From the NCBI GenBank assembly GCA_016198685.1, contig JACQID010000006.1:128001-192000 (forward strand): 64,000 bases of DNA, in the 5' to 3' direction. The notes beneath the pieces are model-generated. The model searched no databases. It saw only the letters and a program-made list of their open reading frames with translations, and was not told the origin of the DNA. Numbering within the stretch: the stretch's first letter is position 1; each line of letters opens with the position of its first letter. Made by a program: the position numbers and the translations under genes. This document shows positions 58,192 to 64,000 of this stretch, piece after piece. Source of the stretch: Candidatus Aenigmatarchaeota archaeon. GTDB taxonomy: Archaea > Aenigmatarchaeota > Aenigmatarchaeia > GW2011-AR5.

Positions 58192-58497
58192 ATGCTATCG
58201 GAAACTGTAAAGGGAACTGGAAATGTAGAAAGCCGTCATGAGGTCAGTGCAGCGCTAGTGCACACGCAACGGTACCTCTCTGGCCAACGAAAAGTGTTCT
58301 ATTATACGTGGGATTGCCGGAATTGCGGAGCCTCATATTTTTTCAGCGCTTTTAAGTGCCCGCTATGTGAAGCCGCAGGCATGGATGCTGTAAAGCACAA
58401 GTGCAGCTATTTGAACTCGGCAAACCAGCGGACGAGCGAAAGTGGGAAAGTAAACAAGGGAGGTGTGAAAAAATGGAAAAAGCAGCAGGCCTTATAA
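58192..58497 (+). CDS. possible Zn-ribbon protein
   Basis: GGTGA RBS; CRNC...CPLC; overlaps the next gene by 25 nt. Confidence 0.45.
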   Translation: MLSETVKGTGNVESRHEVSAALVHTQRYLSGQRKVFYYTWDCRNCGASYFFSAFKCPLCEAAGMDAVKHKCSYLNSANQRTSESGKVNKGGVKKWKKQQAL

Positions 58498-60599
58498 TGG
58501 CCGCTCTTCTCGTGTTAGCGCCGGTATATGCCGCAAATCATGCCGTAACGCTTCCGACAGAAAGCGCATTGGGACTCCAGTTGCTGGGGGAGACATTTTC
58601 CGATTTTGTATTTGGTTTAAGGATGGCTCTGGAGTTTGACGAAGAAACAAAGTTGGGAATCCTGCAAGAAAGATTTGATAAACTAGAATCCCAGCAGGAA
58701 GAATGGCTTAAAGTAAAGGCCGTGGCGGCCAATCAAAGCGCCAGCGGTGAGCTTACTAACAGCCAGAAAGAGGCAATCGTAAGCATCCTAAACGCCAAGC
58801 ATGACATGCTCGTCAAGGAGTATGTTGGTTTGGGACGTGCGATTGACAGCCTGATAACACAGGCTAACAAAACAGGGGACGCAGAGCTTCAAGAAGCGGC
58901 AGAAGAGCTTCTCAACAAATTAGATGAATCGAAACTCTCTGACGGATTGAATGCGCCGTTGCCAATAGACATTAACACCATAACATTCGGCACTGAAGGT
59001 CCTGTAAACGCAAGTGAAGCCAAGAAGCGGGCCGAAGAGAAACTCGGTTTCGAAGCTTCCAGCGTCGTTGAAGAAGTTCACGGCAACGTGACTTACTTCG
59101 TAGTGAGAGGAGAAGAAAGCAGCAGTAACGACAGCTTCAAGATAAAAAAGACATATGAAGCCTGGGTTAATGCCAATACCGGAGCGATAGGAGCAGCAAA
59201 CGTTGCTATATCATTCCAGTCTGAATATATACCTGCAGCAAAGCCCCAGAAAGACAACAAAACAACAACGACCACGACAATGTATGACAACAAGGACGAG
59301 AATGATACAAATGGGAAGAACGACGACTCGAAAAAACATGGAATACCAACGCAGGGCTACACGGTCTTCCAGCCGGTAACATACATTAAGATATACCAGG
59401 AAGTCGGCAACATCGTGCAACAGGTATCGGGCGGAAACACGTACGTTTCGGCTCAAGGCACAGCAAACTCGAATACAGCGTCCACATCCAACAGCCAGTC
59501 CGGAAACGGTGATGGATGCAATAACAGCTGTGACAACGATACAAATGACGACTGCGGTAACACATGTGATAACGGCGATCAGGACGGCAACGGCTGCTAC
59601 AGTGGTTGCAACGAAACGGATAACGGAAATGGCGGAGCAGATTACAACAACACGAACACGACAGACTGCCCTTCAGGATGCGGATCCGGATCAGCAACTA
59701 ACTATACCAGCACAGCTAACGCAAACAGCAACACTACCGTGATATCTAGTGCAGGCAGTGGAGGCAGTGCAAACGCGAACGCCGAATCCGACACGAAAGC
59801 GGTGGCAACATCCGGTGACGGAGGAGGAAGCCTTGCAACATCGGATTCCATCACGAAGGGCGTTGCAGTCAGTGGTGACAATGGCTCTAGCACGTCAAGC
59901 GCGGATTCTAAGACAGGAACCGCGGCCAATAGCGGCGACGGGGGCTTGAGCACTGCGGAGAGCGGCTCTTACACAGAAGCAACGTCCAGCACGGGTGACA
60001 ACGGATTGAGTGATGCCGACGCTTCTGGCAACACGCATTCGTCGGCAGTCAGCGGTGACGACGGCACGAGCGGCGCGTCCAGCGACTCTTCGCTTAAGGC
60101 TATAGCCAAGAGCGGATTCGATGGACTAAGCATGGCCACCGGCACGTCCGAAACAGACTCATCCGCGAAAACAGGCGATGAGGGGTCGAGCACGGCAGAC
60201 AGCAACTCTGACACATTATCAGTTGCCAACAGCGGTGACGAAGGTACGAGTTATGCATCGACTGATTCCGAAACCGATGCCTACGCAGAAGGGGGAGACG
60301 ATAGCTGCGCTGCAAGCGATTCGGAATCAGACACGAAGTCTGTAGGCATAAGCGGTGACGACGGAACCAGCAGCGCCGTTTCGACATCCGACACGGACTC
60401 CGTAGCCAAGACTGGCGATGAAGGACAGAGCACAGCCACGTCAGGCTCAGAGACGGATTCCGTATCCCACAGCGGCGATGATGGAACGAGTTACTCAAAC
60501 GCAGACTCGGACACCAAATCCGTCGCCATCAGCGGTGACGACAGTTCAAGCAACGCCAGTGCTTCATCAAGCACGACCGCAGTCGCTGTGAGCGGCTAA
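58473..60599 (+). CDS. large secreted protein: DUF5667-like, PepSY-like, Cys/Asn/Asp-rich linker and 20-aa repeats
   Basis: GGAGGTG RBS; signal peptide; FVFGLRMALEFDEETK; EAKKRAEEKLG...WVNANTGAI; repeat tail. Confidence 0.85.
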   Translation: MEKAAGLIMAALLVLAPVYAANHAVTLPTESALGLQLLGETFSDFVFGLRMALEFDEETKLGILQERFDKLESQQEEWLKVKAVAANQSASGELTNSQKEAIVSILNAKHDMLVKEYVGLGRAIDSLITQANKTGDAELQEAAEELLNKLDESKLSDGLNAPLPIDINTITFGTEGPVNASEAKKRAEEKLGFEASSVVEEVHGNVTYFVVRGEESSSNDSFKIKKTYEAWVNANTGAIGAANVAISFQSEYIPAAKPQKDNKTTTTTTMYDNKDENDTNGKNDDSKKHGIPTQGYTVFQPVTYIKIYQEVGNIVQQVSGGNTYVSAQGTANSNTASTSNSQSGNGDGCNNSCDNDTNDDCGNTCDNGDQDGNGCYSGCNETDNGNGGADYNNTNTTDCPSGCGSGSATNYTSTANANSNTTVISSAGSGGSANANAESDTKAVATSGDGGGSLATSDSITKGVAVSGDNGSSTSSADSKTGTAANSGDGGLSTAESGSYTEATSSTGDNGLSDADASGNTHSSAVSGDDGTSGASSDSSLKAIAKSGFDGLSMATGTSETDSSAKTGDEGSSTADSNSDTLSVANSGDEGTSYASTDSETDAYAEGGDDSCAASDSESDTKSVGISGDDGTSSAVSTSDTDSVAKTGDEGQSTATSGSETDSVSHSGDDGTSYSNADSDTKSVAISGDDSSSNASASSSTTAVAVSG
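59754..60593 (+). repeat. 14 tandem 60-nt (20-aa) coding repeats, consensus GD(D/E)GxSxAxSxSxTxAxAxS
   Basis: The GGT/GGC-GAC motif recurs every 60 nt from 59814 to 60534, plus one imperfect upstream unit. Confidence 0.95.
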
Positions 60600-60694
60600 C
60601 GGAATCATTTTTTATTTTTTCTTTTTCTAAAAATATGTTTGATATTGCGATTGCATTCGCATAAAACGCAACTTGCCAGGGTCTTCTGGACTTA

Positions 60695-61627
60695 TTAGGC
60701 AACGCCCAATGATCGCATAAGCATGCGAGGATTGTCGCCAATATATTTGTCTATATCGTTCTTATCGGGTTCTGGCGCATCAATTTCGTGGCCCAGAACG
60801 TTATTTGCATGCCTTTGCAGAATAGAAGCATCTAAAAGGTACATTCTCTCATGCGCCATATAATCATTACAAATATTTCTCATTGCATTCAATGCACGAC
60901 CAAAAGGATGATGAGATGCATACTCCATTTTTACAAAATGTTCTGCAGCCGAGATTTTCATGGCAACTGAATATTTTCTAAACTCCTCCATTATACCTGC
61001 AAATTTGCCGACTGCTGATATATCATCTGCATAATCTTGAAGAACGCTATCCGAAGCATTACCCCCTTTCCCATGCATGAGCGAATCCAAGGCAGCAAGT
61101 ATCATAGTTTTAGGAGCTGCACATGCAATGCCGGGATAGTCAACAAGTGCGTTCTGCCGGTCACTAAATGTAAAAATGCCCTCTGGAGTCAAAGCCTTGC
61201 CAGGTTGAACTTCATGCAGATAGTTGGCGATCGTGCGTATTCCTAGCGCGGCTTTGTATAATACAGATATTTCCACAGGAAGCGCTCCATATTGTTCTAT
61301 GGGCTTTTCGGCGCGGAAAAAACAATATGCAGGTAATGAAACTCCAAAACATGCAGCTTCAGACAGCTCTTCTGGCAGGACAATATCCCTGCCGCCGGCA
61401 TAATTTGTGTTTATCCACACCAACCCGTCAAGGAGGGCTTTTTTATATGCGGCCGTTTCATGTAAGGCGTCAATATTCATTCCATGTCCGTTCCTGCTGT
61501 CAGGATATGGGCACGTTGTTTTTGGCATATTGTCGTCATACAGAGCTCGTTCCTCTATACGCCTTCCGTTCGCGGCCGACTGGTCTTTCAGCATCATCGA
61601 AAATATTTTCAGTCCTGGCTTTAGCAT
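60695..61627 (-). CDS. hypothetical protein
   Basis: 310-aa ORF with TCPYPDSR..HGMN and CAAP; family not recognised. Confidence 0.7.
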   Translation of the reverse strand: MLKPGLKIFSMMLKDQSAANGRRIEERALYDDNMPKTTCPYPDSRNGHGMNIDALHETAAYKKALLDGLVWINTNYAGGRDIVLPEELSEAACFGVSLPAYCFFRAEKPIEQYGALPVEISVLYKAALGIRTIANYLHEVQPGKALTPEGIFTFSDRQNALVDYPGIACAAPKTMILAALDSLMHGKGGNASDSVLQDYADDISAVGKFAGIMEEFRKYSVAMKISAAEHFVKMEYASHHPFGRALNAMRNICNDYMAHERMYLLDASILQRHANNVLGHEIDAPEPDKNDIDKYIGDNPRMLMRSLGVA

Positions 61628-61655
61628 GTTAGGTTCTATGACAGAAGCGTTTAAA

Positions 61656-61738
61656 CATCGAATTCCGTCGTATTAACACGGCGGACGAAACAACGGGAAT
61701 TCGATGTGCAAATCCACCGCTTGAAAGCGGCGGATTTT
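61656..61738. other. structured intergenic element (two hairpins)
   Basis: CATCGAATTCC/GGAATTCGATG 11-bp stem with an internal hairpin, then AATCCACCGC-TTGAAA-GCGGCGGATT. Confidence 0.6.
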
Positions 61739-61959
61739 TAAAATGAACGAAATGGGAGATTATCTAGCAAACACAAACATTTACTATGTGGAAATCTGCA
61801 AGAACGTGGAAATATCCCGCCTTTGGAACATCAAGCGTTTTTTGGCATTTGCCATGGCATGTAACATGCAATACAGGAGGAAAAGGATCCGTTGACACTG
61901 AAGGAAAGATATGGCGATTTAATCCGATAATACGTTTAAACATCTTCTCCAGAAATAAA

Positions 61960-62235
61960 ATGATGTCATGTACCATATGCGGGAAGAACGAGATGCTGCC
62001 TTATATGTGCAAATTCTGTTCGCTTGAATTTTGTTCGCATCACAGATTACCGGAGAGCCATAACTGCGCCGGGCTGGAAGAATGGAAAGGCAATAGGACT
62101 TTCGAGAAAATAATTTATCCGCCGATGCAGGACAACGACACAAAAACAGCTAAGAGGTATTCTAATGATACTATATTAAAGGCGGGGATTGCATTATTCT
62201 TCTTGGTGGCATTGGCAGTGTTCATATTATTGTGA
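61960..62235 (+). CDS. AN1-type zinc finger protein with a C-terminal TM
   Basis: CTICGK...LPYMCKFCSLEFCSHHRLPESHNC. Confidence 0.9.
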   Translation: MMSCTICGKNEMLPYMCKFCSLEFCSHHRLPESHNCAGLEEWKGNRTFEKIIYPPMQDNDTKTAKRYSNDTILKAGIALFFLVALAVFILL

Positions 62236-62239
62236 TAGT

Positions 62240-62515
62240 ATGCCCTGCTATAGAGTCATTGTGAGAGGCAAAGTCCAGGGAGTTGGGTATAGAGCTTTCG
62301 CCAAAGCGCAAGCAGATTCGTTGAGCCTTGCAGGATGGTGCAGGAATCTTCCTGTAGGGCATGTCGAAATAACAGTGAAAGGCGCTGAAAGTGAAATGGC
62401 CAAATTTATTACTGCATTAAAAAAAGGTCCTTCAAAGGCAAGAGTCAACGTTGTATCTGTCGAGCCTGCAAAAGACTGCGATGAATATACTAAATTCGAA
62501 ATCAAACACAAATAA
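62240..62515 (+). CDS. acyP: acylphosphatase
   Basis: GKVQGVGYRAF, GWCRNLPVGHVEI, GPSKARV. Confidence 0.95.
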   Translation: MPCYRVIVRGKVQGVGYRAFAKAQADSLSLAGWCRNLPVGHVEITVKGAESEMAKFITALKKGPSKARVNVVSVEPAKDCDEYTKFEIKHK

Positions 62516-62549
62516 TTTGGTTTTTATAATTTCAATGCTAAATAACTAA

Positions 62550-62735
62550 ATGGCAAGGAAACACAAAGAAGACGCGCACAGTTATAAAGGATGGCTCAAT
62601 TCCGACAGCTTCATCAAAAGAGCGCTTGCAGTTTTTGCGTATAACCTTGCAGGCTCTTTGATTATATACGGAGTCATTATCGTCATCGCCCTGCTCTTGC
62701 TGGCACTTGCTTTTATCATGAATTTATTTGCTTAA
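62550..62735 (+). CDS. small membrane protein
   Basis: GWLNSDSFIKRALAVFAYNL followed by a TM helix. Confidence 0.65.
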   Translation: MARKHKEDAHSYKGWLNSDSFIKRALAVFAYNLAGSLIIYGVIIVIALLLLALAFIMNLFA

Positions 62736-62943
62736 TGAGAGAGGCAAGAGAAAGAATTTTTGATAAAAATAGCTTAATGAGTGGCGCTATGCTTGAAAAA
62801 GGATACTGTAGATAGGGCACTAAATTTCCATACACTGCTTTGTATATAATGGGTAGATGCCTTCGGAGGAGCCGACAAAGCCATTAGGTATATATGGGAA
62901 AGATTTTCAACTCAAACTCTTCGATAATTGCATTTCATAACAA

Positions 62944-63099
62944 CTATGTTCTGTATAAGAAGAACGCTGCAGTAAAAATGAGATACAAAATAGCAAGAGC
63001 TAATGCTATATTAGAAGAAAGTCCTCCGGTCCAAAGCCTTATTGACTCCAATGCAAGAGCAAGGCCGACAAGAAAGCGAATCCAGCTTCCGGCACCCAT
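62944..63099 (-). CDS. small membrane protein (51 aa)
   Basis: MGAGSWIRFLVGLALALESIRLWTGGLSSNIALALAILYLIFTAAFFLYRT*. Confidence 0.55.
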   Translation of the reverse strand: MGAGSWIRFLVGLALALESIRLWTGGLSSNIALALAILYLIFTAAFFLYRT

Positions 63100-63409
63100 C
63101 TCATAACGTTCACGGTAAAACCTTTTAATACTTTAGTCTAAGTCTAATGTATGTTGATGCATAGAACTATGCATCAAGACGGGCATAAAGTTTGGCAACT
63201 TTTTGTGAATATTATTATTATAGCGCTAAACCTTATGCTCTTTATCTGTATTCAAGGCGTTGCTTCCGATTCAGGCAAACGCCTTTGCGTGAAGAAGCAC
63301 TTCAGGATGCGGAATATTATGAAGGCGCGATATTGATTATCATGCCGGATGAAGGCGCAAGCAGGCAATACTCTATTAGTGTGGTGCAGGAACTCTTCCT
63401 GCCAATTCA

Positions 63410-64000
<591 letters not shown>

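Noticed and set aside
61670-61710. Hammerhead ribozyme (GGACGAAAC)
   Set aside because: No CTGATGA core in the required position on either strand.

Overview
Archaeal chromosomal window. The 16S start ATTCCGGTTGATCCCGCCGGA, archaeal TyrRS/RadB/Cdc48/PolB/Lhr, short promoters with TATA boxes about 25 nt upstream of ATG and a class III-signal pilin all point to an archaeon. Compact gene packing and the overall gene content suggest a DPANN lineage such as Aenigmatarchaeota, which is inference only. Main contents: (1) a complete type I-B CRISPR-Cas locus (cas6-cas8b with a probable internal cas11-cas7-cas5-cas3, an AbiEi/AbiEii type IV toxin-antitoxin pair, cas4-cas1-cas2, a leader and a 20-repeat/19-spacer array). 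The cas3-abiEi gap holds twin palindromic operators and a candidate degenerate mini-array whose first 13 spacer nt match the cas6 promoter region at 12/13. (2) Housekeeping genes: tyrS, serS, topA, pyrB, pyrF-E-D-C, radB, cdc48, map, polB, lhr, bacterial-type metK, rtcA. (3) Four tRNAs that all carry bulge-helix-bulge (BHB)-type introns at non-canonical positions (Ser has two), a 75-nt BHB intron in the 530 loop of 16S rRNA, and a candidate 40-nt intron in a protein gene. (4) A 36-nt direct duplication with a 37-nt insert at the pyrD/pyrC junction. (5) An RfaE-kinase-GmhA fusion missed by the ORF track, an SRA-like-HNH nuclease, a catalytically eroded POR operon and secreted DUF5667-like proteins, one with 14 x 20-aa repeats. 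All calls are by eye and by motif; no database searches were run.
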